Assembly (NCBI GenBank): GCA_964247055.1
Contig: OZ176055.1
Location: 6,696,001-6,760,000 of the forward strand
Length of the DNA: 64,000 nt
From: Paragordius varius
Taxonomy: Eukaryota > Animalia > Nematomorpha
Direction: 5' to 3'
The notes under the pieces are model-generated. The model searched no databases. It was not told where the DNA came from and saw nothing but the letters and a program-made list of their open reading frames with translations. Position 1 is the stretch's first letter. The number at the start of each line of letters is the position of its first letter. The translations under genes and the position numbers were made by a program. Below, piece by piece: positions 27,830 to 39,593 of this stretch.

Positions 27830-28100
27830 GGCTTGTTATAAAAAAAGCAATACAAAATTAATGGACTTAATTTACAACTTTCGGCATTACATAATTTTTT
27901 TGATATTAGGTAATCATGGTCAAAGTAGCCCATTCAAAAATCTATAATACTAAAATTTTCCTTAAATTGACCCTATAAATTTCTTTAACCGTTTTTGGAC
28001 TTTACCTTGTGTGTGTTATTAGTCATCCTTATTTTATGGCCTGGTTTGTAATAAATGCATTTAACCAAATTAAGATATAATCAATCAAATTAAATATGTT
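27830..28100. repeat. Dispersed repeat; inverted copy at ~54960-55130
   Basis: TACAACTTTCGGCA...AACCGTTTTTGGAC..CCTTGTGTGT...GGCCTGG..AATGCATTTAACCAAATT...TTTTAGCACTATTTT is the reverse complement of 54960-55110, apart from an ~100-bp extra segment in this copy. Confidence 0.65.
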
Positions 28101-28404
28101 TTAGCACTATTTTAAGTGAAGCTTTTTATGTATTCTAATCCAAAAATGTTGCAAATAGGATTAGGTGTTTGACGAGTCTTATTATCTGTCACACCGCTTT
28201 TACGTGCAGTTATTTAGGGATATAGGCAGGCATTAATTTAAAAATAACACAATTCATAATTTCAATGAACAATAAAAAAATTGATATAAATCGAGAAATT
28301 TTTATAAAATACTAATTTCATATTGTTTTCATACTACGTGCTTAGGAAGTTTCTGACTGGCCACTAAAAAATGTCAAAAAGTTTTATATAATATCAAAAA
28401 AAAG

Positions 28405-28476
28405 TGCCGTGACCAGGATTCGAACCTGGGTTAATGCGGCCACAACGCAATGTACTAACCACTATACGATCACGGC
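28405..28476 (-). tRNA. tRNA-His(GTG)
   Basis: GCCGTGATCGTATAGTGGTTAGTACATTGCGTTGTGGCCGCATTAACCCAGGTTCGAATCCTGGTCACGGCA, followed by an oligo-T Pol III terminator. Confidence 0.97.
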
Positions 28477-28543
28477 AAAATGACCATAGGTTAAATAAAC
28501 AATTTATTTTCCAGCAAATAATTAATCTAAAAGCAAAAATAAT

Positions 28544-29098
28544 TTAATCCTTTTTGTATGGATTAGGTGATTTGACAAACTCATTCCAACGATGCGAAGC
28601 CATATCAGTAACTTTTTTACACTCCTTATTTACGTATTTAGCCATAAAATCTGGAAAACAAAAATAACTCATAACCCCCATCGCAACAAATGAATTAAAG
28701 GATTTTCGCGGTAGACTTTCTAAAATATTATAAAATATACTTTTGTATGACAAAACCAAACCGCCTAAACCAGCAAGACCGATAATGCCCAATCTGGGTA
28801 AAATTTGATAAACTCGTACTGGTTCGTCTGGATTCGTTGTATGAATATCATGATGTGTCTGGACGTAAATTATAATATACCTCTAAAAGCATTATGGCGA
28901 AGAGCGTTTCTCTAGCTTTCAAAATAGTGTTGCGTATTTTTTCGAGATTTATTAACTTTGGCTCTTTGTTTAAAACGATATTATCGCTATATATAGGCAG
29001 CTAAATTTATTATCAAATTAAACTTCCGAAACATATATGTATGGTTCTGAAACCTTCTTCTTATTTAGATGTAGCTTTTCGCGAATTTTTTCAAACAT
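28544..29098 (-). CDS. APOO: MICOS complex subunit MIC26/MIC27 (apolipoprotein O-like), 162 aa, four exons
   Basis: Exons 29098-29024, 29000-28881, 28858-28741 and 28719-28544 (489 nt) are separated by 23-, 22- and 21-nt GT-AG introns. Product: MFEKIREKL..YVSELPIYS..LEKIRNTI..ILPRLGIIGLAGLGGLVLSYKKSLPRKSFNSFVAMGVMSYFCFPD, matching the family motifs ELSLY and PRLGVIGxAGLxGL...K.K.......MG...S.CYP. Which paralog (APOO or APOOL) cannot be resolved. Confidence 0.8.
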
Positions 29099-29145
29099 TT
29101 TGTAAAAAATATAAAAACATATGTATTACTATATTTAATAAATCA

Positions 29146-29409
29146 ATGGGTGATCGTTATAATATTTTAAGCCAACTTGAACATTTACAATCAAAGTATG
29201 TGGGGACTGGACATTCAGATATATCAAAGTATGAATGGTTAACAAATCAACACCGCGATACTCTTGCATCTTTTATTGGTCATTATGACATGTTAAGCTA
29301 TTTAGCTATAGCCCAAAACGAATGCAAAGCACGTGTCAAATTTTCTCTTTTAAATAAAATGCTACAACCTTGTGGCGTGCCGCCTGAAGTCCCTAAATAC
29401 GAAGAATAA
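29146..29409 (+). CDS. SF3B5: Splicing factor 3B subunit 5, 87 aa, intronless
   Basis: MGDRYNILSQLEHLQSKYVGTGHSDISKYEWLTNQHRDTLASFIGHYDMLSYLAIAQNECKARVKFSLLNKMLQPCGVPPE. The true start is the internal Met at 29146; the 5' extension in the ORF track is antisense to MIC26/27 exon 1. Confidence 0.97.
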   Translation: MGDRYNILSQLEHLQSKYVGTGHSDISKYEWLTNQHRDTLASFIGHYDMLSYLAIAQNECKARVKFSLLNKMLQPCGVPPEVPKYEE

Positions 29410-29472
29410 TTGTATTCAATAATATTTATATATTTGATAATGAAAAATATTAATAAATTATATTATTTGAAC

Positions 29473-32456
29473 CAGTGCTACTCACCAAAAAAATTTGACG
29501 GGCCAAATAAAATACATTTTTTTTTCGAGGGCCATGAACCTTTTAATGGCAAATATTTCATAGCTATTTGACACATATGCACATTTTTATACTCTAAATC
29601 AGCACAACGAATTTTTTGTGGATCGTATGTAAATCCTAAAACTCGTTTGGACCATTTAGCTTAAAAAATTATATTTTTATACAGAATTTATTTTGATATT
29701 AACCAATAATTTTTGACAAATTTGGTTTCGCCTCATGACAGGCCAATCTTATACGCCACCCACATGATCATCGGTTAAGCGACTTCTTTATGTATTCTTC
29801 GCATACTTCATTTTTGAATGTGCCGTCTCACACGTGTAAGTTCAGGGAAAAATAGTTAGGATAATTTGAGCACATTTTTTTATATTATATTTATTTGGCA
29901 CATCTTGTCAAAAATCTACATATCTTTCTTCTCTACGATTCTCCATGAATATAGCCTCCAAATTGAAATCATTTTTAAAATCTACGAATTCTTCAATGAT
30001 ATGCGCCAGATCAAAACCAAAATGCATAAGTTGCTCAATATTTGATATATCCATAAGATGGATTTTACACCAGTTTTAAGCAATTTCTAATATTTCTTAA
30101 TTCTTGAAATCTAAATTTCATCTCATTAGATAAAAATGTTTAATAATTGTCCATTATTAAATTAATCTCCGCGGTAAATCCACATTTTCCTCATGAATCG
30201 TTTTAAGTGTAGGAAAATATAGGAAGTAAATCTTGTTTATATATTATTATTTTTTCTTCAATAGCAAATATTTAATTAAAAAATTGGGATTATTTTGCTC
30301 CCTTAAAGACTTGTATTAAAAATACAAGTTTATAAGGAATGTCGTAAAGGTAGGCTAATAAAACGCACCATTTGTCACTATTAATATCCTCGTCAAACTA
30401 TTTAGCATCTTTTATAAATAACATAATTTCATGTTGTAAAACAAAAATTATTTGATACCTTGCTAAGGCTTAGCCATCTCACAGCGGTGCACAAAAGAAT
30501 ATCATCAAACTCACTGTGGATATTTTTCAGAGGTTTTTATTTAGGGCGGTTGAATTCTCTGCCACGGATGTGGTTATATCCACAACCGTTTTAATTACTG
30601 AATTGAGTAATTCATCTTCACGCGAAGCCAAGTTTTGCTGATCAATAAAGCAATGAAAGGATAAAAATTTTTGAATATTATATTTGTTTTTCAATAGAGG
30701 AATAAATCCTTTGTTATTCCAATCATAGAGGGACAGCCATCTGTGCAGATCGAAACCAGATTTTTCACAGATATACCATTAAGTGTTTATTATTTCGAGG
30801 AAATTAAATCCTTTCATGGTATTTTTTATTGGTTTTGTATATGTTCCTCGGTGATTATGTTGTCGTTGCAAAATCTTACAAAGAGTGCACATTGATGTGT
30901 TGAACTAATAGTGCTAGAATCAATAGCAATATTGAAATATTTGCAGTTTTTTAGAGCCAAATAATTGTTAAAAATATATTTAGACATATCTTCAATTAGT
31001 GGAGCACATGTTGAATCAGAAAGTTAAATTTTTTAATTTACCTCATGATTCAATCCTCATTATGCAATTTATCAAAAAAACAACCATTTTTTAGACATTC
31101 TTTTATTAGTTGGGAATCAGTATACGGTTTCATGGTTCAGCTTTTTCCTGGGGGAAAGCTATGGACATAATAGATTTTCTTTCTGGCATGATTCCTTAAT
31201 CTTTTTATATTTTTCGTTTCTTTCCTCATGATTTTCTGGTAATTTATGAGAATGATGGATTGTAAAATATCTTGTTCCATTTTTTTATAATTATGTTGCC
31301 CTTACATATAAAGCAGGTAACAACATTTTTATTTCAAACGACAAAGAATTTTATTCCATTCTTTTTCAAAAAAGCGATTTTCCTCGGATAATTTTTAGCA
31401 TTAGATGTCATCCTTTGAATTTATGTTTAATATGTAATAATATAATTTGAATAATGCTATAAAAAACAGGTCGAAATCTAATAATGTTGATTTGAAAAAT
31501 ATTTTATGGGAATGTATAAAAAATGATGCAGGATAGCTATGAAAAGATGTATATGCAAGTTTGGGCGAAATGCTTGGTTAACACTTCAATTCAAATTGGG
31601 GTATCTAAATACTCCAAACTAAATTTGAGTTACGATTTTTAAAAAATTACTGAAGAAAACGGTCCAAATTTAAAATTATGCTTCAATCCTAATAATAATT
31701 ATATAAATATGCCAAAATATCCAAAGAAAATTTTGTTTTGAAAAAAAAGTTCCATGCCAAACTACTTGGACGCCATTTTTAGTTTACAAAATTATTGCAG
31801 AATATCGTCTTCATTTAATTTTAAGGAATATAAAGCTAATTTTTTATTTAAATTACATCTGATTTTAATGGTAATAGAAAAAGCGGTTTATTTTTTATTT
31901 TTATCCAATTTTACCATTGCACACATGTCACGTTGACTAAATTTTTACCTTTCGGTTTTAGCTTAAAATGCGTAATATCAAGTATTTTTGAATAAATTTT
32001 TTTATATATTTCGTTTTATTTATGTTATATAAGTGCAAAATTTTGCCATGGTTTCGATTCCTTCCATATTTTTTAAAGAATTTAATTTTAAACAGGCCTG
32101 GGGTTTTTAACTACCCCAATTTGAATCAAAGGACTAAAATGAATATGTTGTATCCAAGTGATAAATACAAAAAAGGAATGCAAAAAAAATTTCAAAATAG
32201 AATACAGAAACAGAAACATCGTGTGCCAAAATTTTGTATTTTAATGTAGGAAAATTTTTCTACATTTCAAATTCGGTAAAAAATAATAATTACCAAAATC
32301 TAAAGAAAATAAATTAAAAATAAGCGAAAATCGTTTATGTGTATTTTAAAAATTCATCAATAACAAAAATAATTTAATATCAATATGGTCATAGGGCAAT
32401 TTATAAGTACTCTTAGGGCCGCATGCGGCCCGCGGGCCGCGGTTTGAGTATCACTG
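29473..32456 (-). mobile_element. Decayed hAT DNA transposon (Charlie/Buster, GTF2IRD2-like transposase) with both TIRs and a perfect 8-bp TSD
   Basis: TSD ATTTGAAC at 29465-29472 and 32457-32464. TIRs are CAGTGCTACTCA / TGAGTATCACTG. Frameshifted transposase on the minus strand (~29730-31410): ENRFFEKEW, KPYTDSQLIKEC, CTDGCPSMIG, FHCFIDQQNLA, TAVRWLS, TYTCE..HSKMK..SRLTDDHV. Confidence 0.92.
31582..32160. mobile_element. piggyBac-like MITE nested in the hAT element
   Basis: TTAA|CACTT...AAGTG|ATAA termini, with subterminal inverted repeats TTCAAATTGGGGTA / TACCCCAATTTGAA. The homolog at ~43545-44119 ends AAGTG|TTAA. The superfamily is inferred from the TTAA site only. Confidence 0.7.
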
Positions 32457-33462
32457 ATTTGAACTAATATTCATATGATTTTTCTCTTTCTTAAATAAAA
32501 TAATTCTTTGTATCATGTATGTTTTTCGGACATACTGAATCCGCGGCTAATAGAAATTTCTGTAAACGTAAAATTCAACAATATATTATATAATTTTTAA
32601 GCACAGTCAGTAAGGCTTATTGCAAGGAAATAACAGCCACTTTGTTTTATTATTTAGGATTTAGAATATAATATAACTTTATTACATTTTTATTATTTGT
32701 ACGAAATGACAGTTGGGGGTAGTTTTCTATCCTAGTGCATAAAGTATTAAACAAACTAATGTTTTGTTAGGGTTTAAATTGAATTATCAAAACCTATTCC
32801 CATATATTAGATAAAAAACTTGGAATTTTTAGATTTTTTAACTTAGACTCACAGCCAGATAGGTCCAGAACACACGCTTAAAATGAACAGCTAATATTTA
32901 TCAATAATTATCAAATTTTGCTGGTAAAATGATTTCTAAATTTCAAAAATTATTTATTTATATTTCCCAATAAATAAATTTACCAGTATACATCAATAAT
33001 AAAAAAAATAATTAAAAATTGCAGCGAAAGTTTTGGATGAGGAATTAAAATTTTATATTTTTTAAAAAAATTTTTTTGTATCATGCATCTAAAAGACTTA
33101 ATTAAGGAAACATATTTTTAAATTTATGTTAATGCTAAAAATATTTTTTAAGATTTTTAAATCATAAATGGCCAACTAACGTCAAAAGGTTAAGAATTGT
33201 TAAAAACTCTTTATAACATTATAATCCTAGTTTAAAAAACATTTTTCTAGTCAATTAAAACAATTTCCCAAATAGCTAATCCAGTCAAACCAAACGTTTT
33301 TTCAGTCAATAGAAACTTTTTCCCAAACAATCGAATCGACCCAATCAAAGAAACAGTTTCCCCTTCAATAAAAACGATTTTTGTGATATTCACAAATAGC
33401 AAGAGAGTACGATATGAAAATCAACTAAAAAAACGCTATGATTAATAAATGATGCATCATAT

Positions 33463-35519
33463 TAGGGTTGTGCTGACCAAGTCATGACCCGGTGAATTGA
33501 CCAGTTCAGTGACTATTTATTTTTTAACCATGATCATTTCAGCTGATTTTTGAAAAATTGCTGGTAATTTTTTTGGAAGAAAAATAGTAAGTTATTTTTT
33601 AATATATTTCAAAAAAATATATAAATATTTAAATTTGCTTATTTAAAAATTTAACATGTTAAACATGCATCCTTAAAACATTAGCATTTAAGCATATCCA
33701 GTTATAAAAGAAAACATTTCAACTTTTTATAAAATACTAGCGTAAATCTCGTGCTGCTACGCAGCCCGAGGAAGTTCTTCGGACTTCTGGGGGGCATTTT
33801 TATTTTATAGGCAATTTTGGTATGCGGCACGAAGTTTAAAATGATTCACATTGTGTCATATTCTGAAATTTGACTCCAAAGACATGCTGTATGGATATGA
33901 ATGCGCAGTTGTAGGCGGGTAGCCCCCTACCCAGAGGCCAATATAAAAATGTAGTTAGGTAAAAATGCCTTTATACCTGGAATAATCGTTCAGTCCTAAT
34001 AGTTTATGGAAGAATGGTTTCAAAACTAAATAATAGTTCAATGATAGCGCATTTTTAGGGAGTAAAGGGCCTATTTAACGGTTAGTTCAAAAAATCCGCT
34101 CGACTAAAATTTTTGACTTTTTACGGGTAATACTTTAAGCAGCGATAGAACTCATATGGCCTGATAGGTTTTCTGAAATTAAGCCCCAAAAGCACGCTAT
34201 TTCGATATGACGGGTCAGTTTTTAGCGGGTAGCTCCTTACCCAGCAGCTATCATCAAAGAAACGGTGGACTAAATTTTTTGCCTTTTAACAGGGAATACG
34301 TGGAATCTTTATTGAATTTTTACGGTCTCATACCTTGGGCAATAAAACACAATAAAAATATTATTTTTGTGTTTTTTGAAAAAGGTGACATTTTACGGGG
34401 GGAGCGGGTAAAAAGAGGGCCTAAGTTAAAAAAGCGAGACGACTATGTTCGGCGCAATCGAAAACGTTCTCCGGAAAATTGTCTCAAAGACACCATTTTG
34501 TGAACTTGTGTTTTCAAAAAAAAGATTTTCATACGGGGTGGGCCCGAACTGGGGGCCTATTTCAAAAAAAGGGCGAAGCTATTGTCGGGGCATTCATTAA
34601 TGATTTTATTATTTCGAAATTTGGATTTGAATGGGTCTACCGTTTTTCCTGTACCAGATCACAAAGCTAGCATTTTCAATTTTTATAAATATATATATTA
34701 CCATAAATAATGTTTTATTATACATATATTTTTTAACATCCTATACATATGATAGATACTTTTTACTCAGCAGCTATCATCAAAGAAACGCTTGACTAAA
34801 TTTTTTGCCTTTTAAGAGGAATACTTGGAATCTTTATTGAATTTTTACAGTCTCATACCTTGGGCAAAAAAACACAATCAGAATATTATTTATGTGGACT
34901 TTGTTTTTTTGAAAAAAATGGCATTCTACGGGGGTAGCATGTAAAAAGAGGGCCTAAATCAAAAAAGTGAGTCGACTATGTTCGGCGCGATCAAAAATAA
35001 GTAAACAAAAACCATATTTGAAATTGAATGGTCCAACACGTTCTCCGGAAAATTGTCTCAACACGATTTTGTGGACTTGTGTTTTCAAAAAAAACCATTT
35101 TTCACACAGGGTGGACCCGAACTGGGGGCCTATTTCAAAAAAAGGGCGAAGCTATTGGCGGGGCACTCATTAATGATTAAATTATTTCGAAGTTTGGATT
35201 CGAATGGGTCTACCGTTTTTCCTGTACCAGATCCCAAAGCAGCATTTTCCATTTTTATAAATATATAGATTCAATTATTCCATATATGTGAACCAATAAA
35301 ATGAAAAAAAACATTTTATAATTGGATATTTCAATGATCAAAGAAAGTGTTAAAAAACAGGAAAAATTTTACTTGAAATATCCAGTATTAAAAGCGACGT
35401 ATTTGAAAATTCAGAAGTAATTTCATAATCCAATATCGCATGGTATTTACTTAGGTAAAGTGGTCATGACCATGGTCTGACCGGACTTTTTTGAAAGAGC
35501 AGTCAAATGCACAACCCTA
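33463..35519. mobile_element. hAT-type MITE (copy A), interrupted by a Helitron
   Basis: TIRs TAGGGTTGTGC / GCACAACCCTA. Segments 33463-33736 and 35270-35519 are colinear with copy B (43387-44617). No clean TSD at this copy. Confidence 0.8.
33737..35269 (-). mobile_element. Non-autonomous Helitron (copy 1)
   Basis: On the minus strand, A|TCTATATATTTATAAAAATGG is the 5' end. The 3' end is the hairpin CTCGGGCTGC-GTA-GCAGCACGAG, then 7 nt, then CTAG|T. Inserted between A and T with no TSD. Confidence 0.9.
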
Positions 35520-35669
35520 ATCTTGATATATCCGACATAACAAAACTTGAACAACCGGTTAGCTAGATGTTGAATACGGTAAAGGTTTACCTAACAATGC
35601 AGTTCTAAAAAGAATCAAGGAGTATTCAAGGCTACGAGCTTATGGATATATAAACATGTGAGTTTAGAG

Positions 35670-35705
35670 CAGTGATGCTTAAACCGAGGCCCACGATGGG
35701 ACCAT
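35670..35705. repeat. Isolated hAT-like terminus; similar solitary CAGGGG/CAGTGG termini at ~41828, ~43051, ~50185, ~54125 and ~59775
   Basis: CAGTGATGCTTAAACCGAGGCCC resembles the TIR and subterminal GGCCCGC motif of the 29473-32456 element. Matching partner ends were not identified. Confidence 0.5.
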
Positions 35706-36915
35706 ATGCATTTAAAAGGTCCTCAATTACATATAAAATTTTTGATTATAGGGTATAAATGTCTGCAAATAAGTTAAATATGAAATATTAACTGGTATTA
35801 TATGGTGCATAACCCTTTAATTGAAAAACAATATGTTGCTCTTCAATTTTTTGGGTTGAAAGCGTGACAAATAAAAAAATTTATATCTCAGCACCATAAT
35901 TTAAAAAATAAACCAGAACAGATTTTAACGGAGTTCGAGTGTTTGCCGGGTGATAACAATCAAAAAATCTAGCTTAAAATTTAAATTGTTGGTATATGAT
36001 GTGAGTTGTGAATCTCGCTATAACGGGCTTGATGTACTTAGGCGTCGATTGCGCCATTTATAACCTACCTCTGTTTGAAGGCGCTTAAATAATAAGTAAG
36101 CACCATTTTTAAAGTATAAACCGACATACGGGTGAATACAATGTTTTCAAAGCCTGTAGGCCTAAAAAAGGCATATTTAAAACGGTATCCAATGCGACTC
36201 GCAATTGTTTTAATTGAAAAATTAGGCTAATCTATTCGACTATATGAATTTACACACCTTTATAATTGGTAGTGTAGTAACATTACTAAGTTAATGGCAA
36301 ATCATCACACAACAGAGCAAATAGCTAATATAAAGTGCATCAAAATGATATAAACTAACTGTTTACTTGACTTAAAGATAACTAATAGCGTTAAAAACCT
36401 ATAAGTAAGTTCAAAATTCAATGAATAATTAAAGAGAATTATTCAATCATATCTCAGAGTTTATAAGTATTAACATTTTTTATAAGACGGTTTGAAATTT
36501 TTTTTAATGTTTAGATTTGTGATGCAAAAAACAATATCAAAAGTGTTTATTACAATTATTAACTAATTTGTATTTGTAAAAAAAAGTCGATGATATAGGC
36601 GGCAATAAAAAATCCATAGTTCTTTATTGAGCAAAAAATTTTAAATGAATCATGGTTGCATCTTGTAGTGCTAAAAATTTTGGTTCGCAATGCATATTTC
36701 AATTTAAGTATGTTAACTGTCGGCGGATTAAATGTATATATTTGAGCAAGGAATAAAATCAAATTATTAAAGAAACATAAAATTTAATTATAATGTTTAA
36801 AAGTGCATGTATTCTAATTATAAATCATAAAAAAATATCCAAACTCAATACCTGTGCCATAACGATAATAAAATCAATTTTATTATTAAAAATAATTTTT
36901 AATATTGTAAAATAG

Positions 36916-37437
36916 TTAACAAATTCTTTTTGGAGACTTTTGAGCTTCAAGATCTTTCAAAACTTGCTCTTTGATTTCTTCTGGCTGAATTTCACGTAAG
37001 CACGTTGCCTCTACAAACGTATATGGTGTAACAAGGTGTTCATGAAACGACTTCTTATGATTTTTGTACAAATTTTTGGTCCAGGCAGAAGCACAGTCTG
37101 GTACAAAAAGCATAAAAACTAGCCTTGTGTTAGGCAGATTCTTGACCGGACCCAAAAAATCAAAATCTATCAGGGCATATCGGCAATCTTTTACCTTTTC
37201 TATCCTAGTCAATTCGGTTACCAAATCTGCGTATGTGGCATTCAAACCACTCTCCTTGCCAACACAAATCCTAATTTTATTTGAGGCGCACGGATGAATT
37301 GTAAATAAAACGAATTTGCAATACCGGGTCCTTACCATAAGTTTAATAATATCACAACATTGGGGATCTGGTGTCGGAGTTCGTAGCAAACGCTCTCGTT
37401 CTGGACTGTTTTTGGGTGTAAGCAGTTTCGCAATCAT
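36916..37437 (-). CDS. ADF/cofilin-family (ADF-H domain) protein, divergent, intronless, 173 aa
   Basis: RYCKFVLFTI...I.VGK....ATYADLVTEL....CRYALIDFDF......RLVFMLFVPD.A....K.LY...K.SF...L.....VEAT...EI follows the ADF-H consensus pattern. Confidence 0.8.
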   Translation of the reverse strand: MIAKLLTPKNSPERERLLRTPTPDPQCCDIIKLMVRTRYCKFVLFTIHPCASNKIRICVGKESGLNATYADLVTELTRIEKVKDCRYALIDFDFLGPVKNLPNTRLVFMLFVPDCASAWTKNLYKNHKKSFHEHLVTPYTFVEATCLREIQPEEIKEQVLKDLEAQKSPKRIC

Positions 37438-37913
37438 TGTAGGATAAGTTCGAAAGGAATATATGGTTGATGAGAATTTTTGTAAGACTTAGAAGGAGGA
37501 CAAAAATAATATGAGTAAATAAAACTTTTTACACATAATATAATTGTTCAATTTATTTTACAGGGTCAACTGTCTACCTAACTGACAATGATGTTGCCTA
37601 AAGCATCAATTACTATTGTCCACAGTTACATTGTTAGATGTTAATATGGCCTGTATAAAACATTAATAATCTGTATTTATAAATTTTTATCAAATGCGTT
37701 TAAGCCTGGGATTTCCACCAGCCAGGGCGGAAAAATTGAGAACTAACCTGGATGTTTCGAAAAATTTGATGGTTTTGTAAAATTATTGGAAATAGAATGA
37801 ATCTCAGAAGAACAGCCCGGATGGTTCCAGTTTTTCAACATTTTTCTCAATTTTTTTTATTTTTTGCAACAATCGTTATTAGGTCAATATTTTGATATAT
37901 TTTGTAGTAAATA

Positions 37914-39015
37914 CCAGGTGTATTCATAAGAGTTGGGATTTCAGGTAAAATTTGAAAGGAAAATAATTATTTTATTTATATTAGCCATTGGTTTCTACAC
38001 ATTTTATCCATCTCTCAAATATTATATGAACGCTGTACTAGAAAAAGTTGCCTTATACAGAAAACTATTCGTTAAACCATTTTCCAACTGTTCCCAATTA
38101 TTGAAGGCTGCTTTAATATGCCTATTCAGGCATTGTATTAGTGAGATGCCCTAAAGTCAGAGCGGATGCGGAAAAATTTCCTATTGAAGCGTTGTCAGGG
38201 TGTTTTTCACCTGTTGCTGTGTGAGAAGAAGCATAGCATTGTCATGTAGCTAAATTATTTTGCCATCTTTTCTGGCTAATTCCAGTTGTTTATCGATTAA
38301 TGCAAGGTTTATTTGGGTATTTGTTAGCGATAGAGTTGTATGTTAACGATTTCACAGGACCTCAAAAGTTCATACCGCTTAGATACCACCAAATAGAGAG
38401 TATATTTTTTAACTGAAGGCATTTTGGTATGGTGTTGATGAACCGGCTTGGAAAGGTGAAAGTCACAAATATTCCGCTTTGGAATTATAAAAAAAACTAT
38501 TTTTTATCACTCGGAATTCAATGCAATGATTTCTTATCGTGACGTTGCCTGGCTTTCACTATTCAGTTTACAATTTTTTATTTGACAGTAGACATCTTTT
38601 GATTTTTTTGTTATGCATGTAATGTATCTGCCAATTCATGTTGAGTTTCAGTTGCGTCATTACCCAATAACTCTTCATTTTGAGAGTCTTTGCAGTAGAG
38701 CGGTCAGCCAGAGCGTCAACACTCTTCTACATGAAGGCACAATGTTTTACACGTGTTAAATATATCAAGTTTACCATATGTTCCTACTATCAATAATAAT
38801 TTTCAGGAATCTTTTTGTTCTGAGAGTGCATACCACAAATGTTTTTCAAGCACAAAATTTGACATGATAAATTATACAGTAACTAGCGTTTGGTGAACTC
38901 AAATTGTGGGTGTTTGTAGTTATGTTATATGAACAAAATACGGTCTGTAAAATTAATCGTATGTGTAGTTTTCGCTGACGTTTTATGTCTCGGTAAAGAC
39001 CAATTAATACACCTG
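37914..39015 (-). mobile_element. Mariner (Mos1-like) relic with a heavily degraded transposase
   Basis: Ends TA|CCAGGTGTATT (37914) and AATACACCTG|TA (39015). Minus-strand remnants LHDNA (~38240), EIFPHP (~38170) and RWIKCVETNG (~38000). Confidence 0.75.
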
Positions 39016-39593
39016 TAATGATTGACTCAATCAACATTAATTTTATATATAACAAATATTTTAACTCAAGCAAAATTTATTTAAAATATATTTGTACATT
39101 AGTTATATCTAATATAAAATATATTTTAGAAAATATAAATAGACTATGAAAGTTTCGTCACGGACATCTATATAAAAAGTAATCTTTTCTCACATCTGCA
39201 AAGGAGAAGGGATTTCAATCAAATTCGTATATAATATATAATGCTTGAAATTAATAATTATACTACGATGTAAAATTATGAGTACCCGTTAAACAATTGT
39301 CGATTAGAAAAAGAACATATAATAACTTAGCTCAGAGTTAGTTAGATATTAAGGGAGCAGCTTTGGGGACTAGAACTAAGCCCCTAAATTTAAAAACTCG
39401 AGAGAAACCAATTTTAGCCAAACACAAATTAGGATACCTTATGCTACAATATGTATACTAAATGATAGCTGATAGTTACAAATCAAAATCCATGTAAAAA
39501 TATATCGATATGGTAATTTATTTTGTTTCATATGAAAGAGAGAAAATGTAAAATAATATCTTCTGTGTGACTGTGGATCTTTTCTGCGTGATT

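Noticed and set aside
32022-32249. Similar ORFs MLYKCKILPWFRFLPY at 32022 and 43984
   Set aside because: Both fall inside copies of the piggyBac-like MITE and diverge where the repeat ends.
34207-35268. ORFs in the Helitron repeats (34207, 34479, 34967, 35053, 48611, 48959, 48984, 51503) that look like a paralogous protein family
   Set aside because: They lie within non-autonomous Helitron units, in differing frames with different stops between copies, and show no protein motif. The similarity is at the DNA-repeat level.
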